Sequence record: MW822008.1 | Direction: 5' to 3' (one strand) | Length of the DNA stretch: 64,000 nt | Shown: positions 48,538-57,443 of the stretch, piece after piece | Numbering within the stretch: position 1 is the stretch's first letter | Layout of the letters: each line of letters opens with the position of its first letter | Notes under the pieces: generated by a model | The model's database searches: none | Seen by the model: the letters and a program-made list of their open reading frames with translations, nothing else | What the model was told of the DNA's origin: nothing | Translations under genes and position numbers: made by a program

Positions 48538-48623
48538 AAAAGTACTTGCAATTAGTTTTCAGTACTGTATAATGGTTTACATCAAAGGGAGAAATGGTTC
48601 TCCCTGGTAATGAGGAAAATAAA

Positions 48624-48845
48624 ATGGCTAATATCACTACTCTTTCCCAACTGGAAGCACTGGTTAAATCTATGCGGGAACATGCCGACAAAATCGGCGT
48701 ACAAGATCCAGCCGTTTGCTTCTGCGACGAATTGAATGATGATACCCTGGTAATAGCAGAAGTCCAGGACGTTTCTAACTATTCATCGCGTTACACTGGC
48801 GGCGTAGCAAATAAAGGTGACTTCTGTTTATACCTTACAAAATAA
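48624..48845 (+). CDS. early hypothetical protein
   Basis: GAGG RBS before 48624. Confidence 0.75.
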   Translation: MANITTLSQLEALVKSMREHADKIGVQDPAVCFCDELNDDTLVIAEVQDVSNYSSRYTGGVANKGDFCLYLTK

Positions 48846-48902
48846 CAACGCGGGGAGATAATAACTCCCCGTTACTTTTTCAGTACTGAATCATTTAATA
48901 GA

Positions 48903-48946
48903 CGGATCTATGCACCCGGTGGGTTAGTGACTGTTTCGTCTTGATG
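48903..48946 (-). ncRNA. putative short RNA unit, copy 6
   Basis: TTGACA-17-CATAAT on - strand, GAC-GAAACA-GUC, CCCACCGGGUGCA. Confidence 0.45.
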
Positions 48947-49088
48947 TAGTAATTATGCCAGTACTGGATGCACTTGTCAACAACTATTTTTCAAATACTT
49001 TTTATTAAAATACTTGCAATTAGTTTTTAAACGCGTATAATGTTTTGCATAGGGGGAGCGGTTCCCCTGGTAACTAAGGAATAATAAA

Positions 49089-49325
49089 ATGCTTGAACAA
49101 ATCAAATCAACGTCTTCGAATGTAACGGGAACGGTAGCACACTTTACTAGTGATGAATCGCGGGGCGTTCCCTATTGTGCTGTACATGTAAACACTGAGG
49201 GTAACTACTGGTTTACGGTTTACGGATCATATTCATTTGGACGGCCAGGGCATCAAAAAATTCTGGATAAAGTACAACCAACGGGTAAAAATATCACTGC
49301 TGAAATGTTTTATAAAAAATCATAA
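49089..49325 (+). CDS. early hypothetical protein
   Basis: AAGGA RBS, own promoter. Confidence 0.75.
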   Translation: MLEQIKSTSSNVTGTVAHFTSDESRGVPYCAVHVNTEGNYWFTVYGSYSFGRPGHQKILDKVQPTGKNITAEMFYKKS

Positions 49326-49409
49326 AGTACTTGATAATAGTTTTTAGTACTGTATAATATTTTACATCGCAAGGGGGAGCGGTTCCCCCTGGTAACTAAG
49401 GATAATCAA

Positions 49410-49709
49410 ATGAAAATTGCAATCATCGCCCTGGCTTTATCTGTTTCCTCTTTCGCTGTTAATGCGTCATTAGATGTAAGTAGTGAAAAATTCATTCAGT
49501 GCACTGTTGCAATGACCGATGAAAGTACTGGCGAGATTGTTTTAAAGGATTTAGAGATCCAGCCGGAAGCATTTAAAAACGGGCCGTTCCATGAAGAAGA
49601 CGAAAAAGGTAGCACGACAATTTATTACGATGCAAGTACTAAACGCGGTTCGGTCACTGTTATGGATACTGAGAAAGTAACTCATACTGGCGTTATTAAT
49701 TGCCGTTGA
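49410..49709 (+). CDS. early secreted protein
   Basis: signal peptide, Cys pair. Confidence 0.75.
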   Translation: MKIAIIALALSVSSFAVNASLDVSSEKFIQCTVAMTDESTGEIVLKDLEIQPEAFKNGPFHEEDEKGSTTIYYDASTKRGSVTVMDTEKVTHTGVINCR

Positions 49710-49730
49710 TATATACTACGGGGTAACATC

Positions 49731-49961
49731 ATGACTAAGCGAATTGTTTTACTTAACGAAAGCAGTACTACACAACTACTTAACGCCGTGCATTATGATA
49801 TTGAAACGAGCGTTAATCTTATCAGTACTGTAGTACTGTTGGACACTGGAAAGGTCGCCAATGATAAAGCGATTGCAGGTATACTAACGGATCTTGAGCC
49901 TGGTAGCAGTGCATCAATAACGTTAAATGGTAAAGTGTTTAACATTTTACTTACTGATTAA
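49731..49961 (+). CDS. early hypothetical protein
   Basis: followed by terminator AGCCCAC-CTG-GTGGGCT-T7. Confidence 0.7.
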   Translation: MTKRIVLLNESSTTQLLNAVHYDIETSVNLISTVVLLDTGKVANDKAIAGILTDLEPGSSASITLNGKVFNILLTD

Positions 49962-50078
49962 GTACATAGCCCACCTGGTGGGCTTTTTTGTTTTTGTAGT
50001 ATCGTAGTACTGAGATACTTTGAAAATAGTTTTAAAAAAGTAGTTGACATTACCGCAGAAAAGCGTAGAATGTATTAC

Positions 50079-50151
50079 ATCAAGACGGGGAGCACTAAGT
50101 AGACCGCCAGTAAGTCGAACGAAAAACTGGACACGTCGAGAAAACTTTGAT
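50079..50151 (+). ncRNA. putative structured RNA, divergent copy C
   Basis: CCAGU/ACUGG replaces GGAGU/ACUCC around the same 14-nt AAG..ACGAAAA loop. Confidence 0.45.
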
Positions 50152-50194
50152 ACACTAATAAACGTAAACTAAACTTTAATTGAGGATTTATAAA

Positions 50195-50677
50195 ATGGCT
50201 AATGTAAAATCATTCATCAAAGCACTGGTAGCAAATGAAACTAACGTCGCGGCTGAGATCCTGGCTGAACTGGATAACGATACCATGAAAGCGGTACGCA
50301 ATAATTTTAACATCGCGTACAGTACTGCGAAAGAACTACAAGCAAATAAAGCGGCAGAAATTGAAGCGGCAAAGGCGGCCCGTGAAGCAGAACTACAAGC
50401 AACAATCGAAAGTATTCAGGCGGCAGTAGTTGGATTGGATCTGGAAGTAGTTACAGAGATGGCACAAAAAGCCCTGGCGGTTAAGTATGGGGAAGACAAG
50501 CCAGAAGTAAAAGCCAAAAAATGGATTCAGGAACGCGTAGCGGTAGTACTGGACAACGGGGAAGAATATCTGATTCCGGTGCGTGGTAACTGCATTGCGG
50601 TAGTACTGGACGCGATTAACTCCAGTGGTATGACTCGCGAGGAATGGATCGAAGCTCATCGCAAAGTTGAAGCATAA
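50195..50677 (+). CDS. H-NS-like nucleoid protein
   Basis: coiled-coil AAEIE region and C-domain DNGE....RGN.IAVV.DA...SG.T.EEW aligns with H-NS DENGE...[11 protein letters not shown]...GKSLDDF. Confidence 0.6.
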   Translation: MANVKSFIKALVANETNVAAEILAELDNDTMKAVRNNFNIAYSTAKELQANKAAEIEAAKAAREAELQATIESIQAAVVGLDLEVVTEMAQKALAVKYGEDKPEVKAKKWIQERVAVVLDNGEEYLIPVRGNCIAVVLDAINSSGMTREEWIEAHRKVEA

Positions 50678-50698
50678 CAATTAAAGTACTGAATCACT

Positions 50699-50724
50699 AG
50701 CCCACTTATACAGTGGGCTTTTTT
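50699..50724 (+). terminator. intrinsic terminator
   Basis: AGCCCACT-tatac-AGTGGGCT-T5. Confidence 0.8.
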
Positions 50725-50743
50725 GTGTTTATCGTTTACCAGG

Positions 50744-50813
50744 CCACCAGCACCGCCTAGAAACGATTCTAACGCATTAAACTGATTATCTGATGCATCA
50801 CCCTAGCTGGTGG
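50744..50813. other. inverted pair of Chi sites
   Basis: CCACCAGC 50744, GCTGGTGG 50806, intergenic. Confidence 0.7.
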
Positions 50814-50961
50814 CGTTAAGGTCGTTAGAATGCGATTGAGTGCGTTTAAAGTATTTTACAAAAAGTAATAAAAAGTACTTGCACGATTAAGAGATTAGCG
50901 TATAATGTTTTACATCGAGAGGGGGAAACGGTTCTCCTTCCAAATCAAAGGAATCAAAACA

Positions 50962-51189
50962 ATGGCTATTATCATTACTCGCGTATCTGGTACTACTGGC
51001 AACGAACAAGTAGTTGCAGTCATTACCAACAAGGAAGGTGCGGAATTGCAAAATGCAATGAATACCTGGGCCGTTAATGAGTTCGGTCAGTGGGCAAGTG
51101 TAGCATACATTGAAACCTATCAAGTGCCGTCGATTAGTTTAACTGATTTGGGCGTTGAGCGTATCCTTTGCCTTGATGAATTAAATTAA
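50962..51189 (+). CDS. early hypothetical protein
   Basis: AAGGA RBS before 50962. Confidence 0.75.
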   Translation: MAIIITRVSGTTGNEQVVAVITNKEGAELQNAMNTWAVNEFGQWASVAYIETYQVPSISLTDLGVERILCLDELN

Positions 51190-51275
51190 AAAAGTACTTG
51201 CAAAGTAAATCGAATAAAGTATAATACATTACATCAAGGGGAGAAAATGGTTCTCCCCACTACAAGGAAACTAAA

Positions 51276-51419
51276 ATGAAAACTTGTCAATGTGGTCAGA
51301 AATCTATTACGGGTTTAAAGCGGGGCGTTGCTCTTTGCCAGTACCATTATAATTTACAAGTATGGGGTAAAGAATGGGCCGACCAGGTGGAAGCAGCAAA
51401 GAAAGCAAAAAGTAAGTAA
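51276..51419 (+). CDS. 47-aa Zn-finger-like micro-protein (not in track)
   Basis: CQC...CQYH; own promoter and RBS. Confidence 0.65.
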   Translation: MKTCQCGQKSITGLKRGVALCQYHYNLQVWGKEWADQVEAAKKAKSK

Positions 51420-51498
51420 AAATATTATCACAGTACTATTGACATAGTTTGATAGTACTGGCATAATAGATTTTATCAAGACGACTAAGGAAAACAAA

Positions 51499-51711
51499 AT
51501 GGCTATCATTACAAAAATCAAAGTAAACAAATCACTGGTTAAACTTGAACAAGTGAAAGCAGGTTATAAAGTATCGTGGTGCGGTATGTATCGGATGTTC
51601 GCAGATATTGATGAAGCGATCAATTATTACAGCGACACGGTTAAAAACTTTGTTCGTGCTGATGTGGTTATGGCAGTGGCAGCACATAAAGCAGCGAAAG
51701 AAAGTAAGTAA
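51499..51711 (+). CDS. early hypothetical protein
   Basis: MAII family, similar to 54613. Confidence 0.75.
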   Translation: MAIITKIKVNKSLVKLEQVKAGYKVSWCGMYRMFADIDEAINYYSDTVKNFVRADVVMAVAAHKAAKESK

Positions 51712-51800
51712 AAATATTATCACAGTACTATTGACATAGTTTGATAGTACTGGCATAATAGATTTTATCAAGACAACATATTAATTTAAGGAATACAAAA

Positions 51801-52124
51801 ATGGCTAAAACTATCATTAACACCGTTTCCCTGGCTGCAATCCGTGCAATCAATGTTGACGGTAAACGTTGGACTGATTCATATGGCAATACTTATCATT
51901 CTTGTCATGTAAGCGTTGAACTGGATAACGGTTTGAATGATCTGGCGGTTGAATCATTTACTTATGGCTATGAAGATGCATATCAACAAACGGCGTTAGA
52001 TCTCTTAAAGGAATCAGTAGACGGGCTTAATACTGATGAAACCTCCCTTACTCGTTTGTGCAATGATCTTAATATCCCGTTGCATTGTACTGTACAGAAT
52101 GTTAAACGCAAAAAAGATCTTTAA
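51801..52124 (+). CDS. early protein, RWTDS.GNTYHS family
   Basis: paralogue of 58219. Confidence 0.8.
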   Translation: MAKTIINTVSLAAIRAINVDGKRWTDSYGNTYHSCHVSVELDNGLNDLAVESFTYGYEDAYQQTALDLLKESVDGLNTDETSLTRLCNDLNIPLHCTVQNVKRKKDL

Positions 52125-52204
52125 TTAGCTTTACTTTATGCAGATACTTTGATATAGTGTCTGCATAGGGGAAAGAAATTAAATTAACTTAAGAGGATCG
52201 TATA

Positions 52205-52474
52205 ATGAAAAATATCAGTACTTTAATCGATGCAGGTACACATGTTCGGCGGTCTATGGTTGCAACCAGTACTACAAAACAAGTAGCGAGCGGTTATCTT
52301 GTATTTGTGCACGATGGTAAACTCCTGGAACGTTCAATCAATTTTGATGTTAAAAACAATTGCCGTTTTATTATCTTTAAGCGTGAACAATATAAAATTG
52401 ATTTACCAGCGAAGCCCATAAGCGGGGCGTACAACGTGCAATCATTGTTTGAGCGTCAACCTTACACCTATTAA
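52205..52474 (+). CDS. early hypothetical protein
   Basis: GAGGA RBS. Confidence 0.7.
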   Translation: MKNISTLIDAGTHVRRSMVATSTTKQVASGYLVFVHDGKLLERSINFDVKNNCRFIIFKREQYKIDLPAKPISGAYNVQSLFERQPYTY

Positions 52475-52525
52475 TCAAAACATCGTTAGCGGTCGTTTAA
52501 GGCCGCTTATATTGGGGATTATACC

Positions 52526-52798
52526 ATGAACGTTAATCAAGTACTGAATGAGATCGAAAGCATCATTAAACCGATGAAGCGTACTGATGCTATGTTAACA
52601 CCGGAAGAAAGCCGCCTATATGAGCGTTACAGCGTCGAACAAGTCCAGGCAATGGCTATGGCTACGCCAGCCGTTAAACCGCCTGAGAATGCGTTACAGG
52701 ACGTTACAGGGGATTATATCATTAATCCAGTACTAGGGAAGATGCCGCCAATCACCGAAGAACAAAAAGACTATTTGAGTCAGTACTTAAAAGGTTAA
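52526..52798 (+). CDS. early hypothetical protein
   Basis: GGGGA RBS. Confidence 0.7.
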   Translation: MNVNQVLNEIESIIKPMKRTDAMLTPEESRLYERYSVEQVQAMAMATPAVKPPENALQDVTGDYIINPVLGKMPPITEEQKDYLSQYLKG

Positions 52799-52803
52799 TT
52801 AAT

Positions 52804-53013
52804 ATGCTTACTGTACAGGATAAGATCGACATCTTAAAGGTTAATATGTATGTGATTGATGCCGTACCTGGTAAAGTATTTGCATACGATGATTCTAATC
52901 GCAGTCCTTTCTATTGTAGTCATGTAGTTGGATACGTGCCGTTGGCGTATGTTATCGAAAGAGTGGTTGATGCAGCATACAATCATTTTTTAGAAAATAA
53001 TACTTGCAATTAG
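52804..53013 (+). CDS. early hypothetical protein
   Basis: operon context. Confidence 0.65.
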   Translation: MLTVQDKIDILKVNMYVIDAVPGKVFAYDDSNRSPFYCSHVVGYVPLAYVIERVVDAAYNHFLENNTCN

Positions 53014-53082
53014 TTTTTAAACGCGTATAATGTTTTACATGAAGGGGAGAAATGATTCTCCCCACTAATTAAGGAATATGAA

Positions 53083-53229
53083 ATGAAAGCATCAAAAAAG
53101 AGTAATACCAAGAAAGCATGTTCACCTTTCGCTGGGGTATTCCCTTTACGTTTCGTTGATGAAGTGGTTTCCTACCCGCTGGGCCTTACTCCTGAGATGG
53201 TAGAAAGTTTGCGTAAATCTAAAAAATAA
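53083..53229 (+). CDS. 48-aa early protein (not in track)
   Basis: own promoter, AAGGA RBS. Confidence 0.6.
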   Translation: MKASKKSNTKKACSPFAGVFPLRFVDEVVSYPLGLTPEMVESLRKSKK

Positions 53230-53310
53230 TACTTGCAATTAGTTTTCAGTACTGTATAATAGTTTACATGAAGGGGAGAAATGATTCTCCCCAATAACAG
53301 GAGAAACAAA

Positions 53311-53463
53311 ATGAAACAATACAACGCTCGGTTTGATGTTACTATCGGCAACGGCAAAGGTCAATTCTCTTTCAGTACTCGCCGCAGTTATACAGAAAAC
53401 TTCCTGCGAAATTGTGCACTGACCGCCGCACAAATTAAACATTACTTCCAGGCTAAAAAATGA
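53311..53463 (+). CDS. 50-aa early protein
   Basis: AGGAG RBS before 53311. Confidence 0.65.
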   Translation: MKQYNARFDVTIGNGKGQFSFSTRRSYTENFLRNCALTAAQIKHYFQAKK

Positions 53464-53549
53464 AATCATTAGCTTATTACAGTTCGGCGGTGATCGGTGC
53501 ATTGATCGCGGCATTGTTAGTAACCTATCTATTCTTTATGGTGATTTAA
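53460..53549 (+). CDS. 29-aa single-TM peptide (not in track)
   Basis: ATGA coupling, hydrophobic. Confidence 0.5.
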   Translation: MKSLAYYSSAVIGALIAALLVTYLFFMVI

Positions 53550-53669
53550 ATGAATCCTAACGGTTTAATTTACAGTACTACTAAAACGAAAGCAGATAAA
53601 GCGAAAGTAAAGGAGTACATTAAGCAAGGCATGACGCGAAAGGCGGCAGTACTGAAAGCTAAAAAATAA
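53550..53669 (+). CDS. 39-aa basic peptide (not in track)
   Basis: coupled start, fills gap to terminator. Confidence 0.5.
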   Translation: MNPNGLIYSTTKTKADKAKVKEYIKQGMTRKAAVLKAKK

Positions 53670-53679
53670 ATGAAAAAAG

Positions 53680-53711
53680 TGGTTGACTTCGGTCAGCCAT
53701 TTTGCTATTAT
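53680..53711 (+). promoter_or_regulatory. fused terminator / sigma70 promoter driving RNA unit
   Basis: TGGTTGAC-TTCG-GTCAGCCA; TTGACT-17-TATTAT. Confidence 0.75.
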
Positions 53712-53716
53712 ATATT

Positions 53717-53762
53717 CATTGAGAGATAGCTCACTAGCCCACCGGGTGCATAAGTGTATCTA
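53717..53762 (+). ncRNA. putative short RNA unit, copy 7
   Basis: UGAG-AGAUAG-CUCA, CCCACCGGGUGCA-UAAG-UGUAUCU. Confidence 0.45.
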
Positions 53763-53883
53763 TTATATAAGTATTGAGTACTGAGAACTATTTTTAAAAA
53801 GTACTTGCAAACTATCTCAATTGGCGTATAATGTTTTACATCGAGAGGGGGAACGGTTTCCCCTGGTAATAAGGAAACGAATC

Positions 53884-54225
53884 ATGACTATCTCAATTGC
53901 TCAATCTAACTTTGAAAATGAAATCATCGCCCAGGCACTGCGTTTAAATGATGGTCGGGCCGAAATTAATTACGGTTTCAATTCAGGCGGTTGTGAAAAC
54001 TATCAGTACTTTGTAACTGCTGATGGCGGTGTCCTGGGCATCAATACCGTTATTGTAAACATTCAGAAAATTAATTTCAATGATCCAGACGATAGCCAGT
54101 TTTACATTGTAGGCGTAGACGTGAACTATGAGGATGACTCACTAACTGATGATCACACTGGCGAGAAGTTAGAAAGTGCATACGGTGAAGATGATTATCA
54201 GTCCGGTCCAGAAGATTTTGAATAA
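53884..54225 (+). CDS. conserved acidic phage protein
   Basis: VNYED..L.DDHTGE.LESAYG motif. Confidence 0.75.
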   Translation: MTISIAQSNFENEIIAQALRLNDGRAEINYGFNSGGCENYQYFVTADGGVLGINTVIVNIQKINFNDPDDSQFYIVGVDVNYEDDSLTDDHTGEKLESAYGEDDYQSGPEDFE

Positions 54226-54316
54226 TATTAAAAAATAGTTTGACAATAGATTATAGTACTGTATAATAAGTTACATCAAGGGGAGAATAGTTCTCCCCAC
54301 TAACAGAGAAAACAAA

Positions 54317-54529
54317 ATGGCTAATATCTGCACTGTACTGAAAAATGCAAAACAAGTTTTATTTTCTGACCACGATTATTTTAATAAAGATATTACAGGC
54401 GTTCGGAATATCAAAGATGTAAAAAGTGTTATGGGTATCTATTGCAATATGAAACGTGTTGGAACGTTCGGCGACAAAGTACTATACCAGGCAGGGGATT
54501 ACAATTTTACACTGACTATCATTAACTAA
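54317..54529 (+). CDS. early hypothetical protein
   Basis: own promoter. Confidence 0.7.
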   Translation: MANICTVLKNAKQVLFSDHDYFNKDITGVRNIKDVKSVMGIYCNMKRVGTFGDKVLYQAGDYNFTLTIIN

Positions 54530-54612
54530 AAATATTATCACAGTACTATTGACATAGTTTGATAGTACTGACATAATAACTTTTATCAACTACACTACTA
54601 AGGAATTAAAAA

Positions 54613-54792
54613 ATGGCTATCATCGCAAAAACTGAAATCGTTGGTCTGGATTCTATCATCATGACGTTTGAAGATCAAAAAGGTATGTATGTAGTTTCAT
54701 ATGGTGATTATGTTCGGGAGTATGAAACGGTAGACGAAGCCTTTGAAAGTTATATTCGCCAGGTGAATAAAGCATACGACGACTACCGCTAA
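54613..54792 (+). CDS. 59-aa early protein (not in track)
   Basis: MAIIAKTEI; promoter nearly identical to that of 51499. Confidence 0.7.
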   Translation: MAIIAKTEIVGLDSIIMTFEDQKGMYVVSYGDYVREYETVDEAFESYIRQVNKAYDDYR

Positions 54793-54891
54793 AATATATT
54801 ACCAGTACTATTAAAGTTATTGACATAGTTTGATAGTACTGTATAATAAGTTTTATAAACAGTAGTTAACTTAACCTAAGAGAGAAATAAA

Positions 54892-55035
54892 ATGATCGCA
54901 CTGGATTCATTCATCGACGCAGTACTGGCAAAAACTGGCGAGGATCTGACCGCAGAACAATACGCGATGATCGAGCAATGTCAGCAAAACGGTAAATCGG
55001 TGAAAGATACTGTTAAGATTATCCGCAAGATGTAA
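54892..55035 (+). CDS. 47-aa early protein (not in track)
   Basis: own promoter; terminator with Chi at 55057 follows. Confidence 0.65.
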   Translation: MIALDSFIDAVLAKTGEDLTAEQYAMIEQCQQNGKSVKDTVKIIRKM

Positions 55036-55140
55036 GATTATAGCCCACTGGTTAACGCTGGTGGGCTTTAATCCTTTACCCTATACAATGTCAGTACTAA
55101 ACCGTTTATCTCATTAGAATGCGTTACAGGACGTTTGACA

Positions 55141-55338
55141 ATGATTAGCATGAAATCAGTACAAAAACAAATAGAAACATTATCAAAAATTAAACGTAAA
55201 CAGTACTCGTTAGAATATACAATCAATGGTAACTATCATCTAATGAAAGAGAATAATTTTATCGTCATTGATGAATCATTGCAAGTTATTAGTATAGTAC
55301 TGAAAGCATTAATTAATGATAGAAAAAAATTAAAATAA
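55141..55338 (+). CDS. hypothetical protein
   Basis: weak RBS. Confidence 0.5.
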   Translation: MISMKSVQKQIETLSKIKRKQYSLEYTINGNYHLMKENNFIVIDESLQVISIVLKALINDRKKLK

Positions 55339-55376
55339 TCTATTGACAATATCCTCCAGTACTGGCATAATACTTA

Positions 55377-55424
55377 CATCAAGACGAGAACGTCACTAAC
55401 CCATAGGGTGCACAAATGTAACTG
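55377..55424 (+). ncRNA. putative short RNA unit, copy 8
   Basis: TTGACA-17-CATAAT, GACG-AGAA-CGUC, CCCAUAGGGUGCA. Confidence 0.45.
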
Positions 55425-55669
55425 TATAATATTGATCAAAAAATGATCTGATCAATACTTGATCAATTTGCGTAAAGTAGTATAATTCTATGCAGTTGGT
55501 TAGACGAAAGGTTATGATTAGTAGTGCAAGTGTATAAAAATTTTCATGGTGTATCGTTCCGCACATATGGCAATGAATATGTGGTATCATGTGGATTGGA
55601 AAAAGTAAGAACAAGTAATATTATTGTCGCATTACAGTACTATAGTATTTTTATAATGAGGTTAAAATA

Positions 55670-55927
55670 ATGGCTGTAGGATTCGCGAAAGATGGGGCCG
55701 AACAAGACGAGATTAACGCAGTGATTCAGGCCGCCGTTAACCACGCTAGAAAGCAAATTAACGCACAAATAGAATCACTGATACATTGCCTCGACTGCGG
55801 CGATATAATCCCTGAGAAACGACGCCAGGCCGTTAAGGGATGTAAGTACTGCATAACTTGCCAGGAGGATCATGATAGTACTTTTAAACGTCCCCCGCGT
55901 AATTGTTGGCATAGATCTATGAGATAA
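55670..55927 (+). CDS. TraR/DksA C4-type zinc-finger protein (YbiI-like)
   Basis: MAVGFAKDG..QD N-terminus; CLDCG..IPE.RR.AV.GC.YC..CQ. Confidence 0.85.
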   Translation: MAVGFAKDGAEQDEINAVIQAAVNHARKQINAQIESLIHCLDCGDIIPEKRRQAVKGCKYCITCQEDHDSTFKRPPRNCWHRSMR

Positions 55928-56002
55928 AAAGTATTGACAGTACTATCCAGTAGTGTTATAGTACTTACATCAAGGGGAAACATCTTCCCCTACTAAGAGG
56001 AA

Positions 56003-56197
56003 ATGAAAATGGAAAACTTATCAAGTATTTTAGTACAAGATGATTTCGGTAATCCTGGAAGTGCTATCATTGTTCGGGGTAATAAAGCAACATTTGTTAT
56101 TGCTGGTGGACCTGTACAGCGTAGCATTAAAAACAATGCCGTTACTATTAATAATGTACGCTATCGCTTAGATAAAGAATTGATTCATAAACTGTAA
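56003..56197 (+). CDS. early hypothetical protein
   Basis: own promoter; contains Chi at 56102. Confidence 0.7.
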   Translation: MKMENLSSILVQDDFGNPGSAIIVRGNKATFVIAGGPVQRSIKNNAVTINNVRYRLDKELIHKL

Positions 56198-56224
56198 TAT
56201 TAATTTAATAGAGGATAACAATAA

Positions 56225-56548
56225 ATGTACATTCATACTACTATCACAAAGGAAGTCCGTTGCCAGTTCGAAAGTATTCCGGGCGTATGTTTCATCACTG
56301 GTACGTTTTCCCCTGGTGATCGTGATAATCCAGTACTGTTACAATTACGCCATCCATCATGGGATAAAGCATTTGATCTACCGTTGAATGAATTCGCAAC
56401 TACTGCTGAAAAGTACATTAAAAATATTCGCGAGAATGATCGACTATTCATTAATGCTTTCAGTGATTCCGCGTTAAGCGAGATCCACAGCGTATTGGTT
56501 GCAATCATGGAATCAATGGAGAAAACTAAATTCAAACAAGGTGAATAA
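56225..56548 (+). CDS. early hypothetical protein
   Basis: GAGGA RBS. Confidence 0.75.
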   Translation: MYIHTTITKEVRCQFESIPGVCFITGTFSPGDRDNPVLLQLRHPSWDKAFDLPLNEFATTAEKYIKNIRENDRLFINAFSDSALSEIHSVLVAIMESMEKTKFKQGE

Positions 56549-56631
56549 AAACTATTGACAAGATAATCTAGTACTGTATAATAAGTTACATGAAGGGGAG
56601 AAATGATTCTCCCCACTGAGAGGAAAGAAAA

Positions 56632-56844
56632 ATGCAAGGTCAACTAATCGTTCGTAAATGGTCTGATACTAACGCTAAACCGTGGGATGTACAATACATC
56701 GGACCGGATGGGGTATCACGTTATCAGCCTGGCGTAACGCATAGTACTGAGCAATATGCCGCCGCTCACCGCGAACGCCTGTTAGAATCCATGAAACAGG
56801 GATACGGTGAAAAATTCATTCAAGATCATTGGCTGAAAGATTAA
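56632..56844 (+). CDS. early hypothetical protein
   Basis: own promoter, GAGGA RBS. Confidence 0.75.
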   Translation: MQGQLIVRKWSDTNAKPWDVQYIGPDGVSRYQPGVTHSTEQYAAAHRERLLESMKQGYGEKFIQDHWLKD

Positions 56845-56861
56845 TATAAGGAGTACAGCTT

Positions 56862-56954
56862 ATGCAAATGAATCCGATGATTATTGTGTTAGCTGTACTT
56901 ATGATCATTCATGCAATAGTAAAAGTATTAACGCAATCAGGAGTAATAAAATGA
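56862..56954 (+). CDS. 30-aa TM peptide (not in track)
   Basis: AAGGAG RBS. Confidence 0.55.
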   Translation: MQMNPMIIVLAVLMIIHAIVKVLTQSGVIK

Positions 56955-57124
56955 TTCAAGTAGAATTATCAGTACTGAAAGATCTGTTTTATCGGTTAGG
57001 TACTACTGGCGAGTATCCTAAAAGTGATACCGCAAAACTTTTTGTATCACTCGACTTATGGCAACGCGAACAATTAGTAATGTCCTGGCGTAAAGGTAAA
57101 GCAGATAGCGAGGTGAAAGCATGA
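56951..57124 (+). CDS. 57-aa protein (not in track)
   Basis: AGGAG RBS, ATGA overlap. Confidence 0.6.
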   Translation: MIQVELSVLKDLFYRLGTTGEYPKSDTAKLFVSLDLWQREQLVMSWRKGKADSEVKA

Positions 57125-57270
57125 AAGAATTCTTATTCGAAGTAGTGTTTCAAGGTGTCGGTAGTAACCAACTGATTCGCTCAAGTGGTTATAATGTTAA
57201 CCAGGCATGGAATAACATTAAACAAATGTACCCGAACGCTATCACCTATCGCAACCCGAAAGAAGTTTAA
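57121..57270 (+). CDS. 49-aa protein (not in track)
   Basis: GAGGTG RBS, ATGA overlap. Confidence 0.6.
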   Translation: MKEFLFEVVFQGVGSNQLIRSSGYNVNQAWNNIKQMYPNAITYRNPKEV

Positions 57271-57283
57271 AAATATTTGAAAA

Positions 57284-57317
57284 AGGGATTGACTCCGGTC
57301 AGTCCCTTTGCTATTAT
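57284..57317 (+). promoter_or_regulatory. fused terminator / sigma70 promoter driving RNA unit
   Basis: GGGATTGAC-TCCG-GTCAGTCCC; TTGACT-17-TATTAT. Confidence 0.75.
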
Positions 57318-57322
57318 ATACG

Positions 57323-57363
57323 CATAGAAACAAATCAGCCCACAGGGTGCATAAATGTATCTA
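57323..57363 (+). ncRNA. putative short RNA unit, copy 9
   Basis: AGAAA, CCCACAGGGUGCA-UAAA-UGUAUCU; Chi at 57370 follows. Confidence 0.45.
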
Positions 57364-57443
57364 TTGTTTGCTGGTGGCTAGTACTGAAAACTATTTTTAA
57401 AAAAGTACTTGCATTGTACTTAGAATCAAGTATAATGTTTTAC

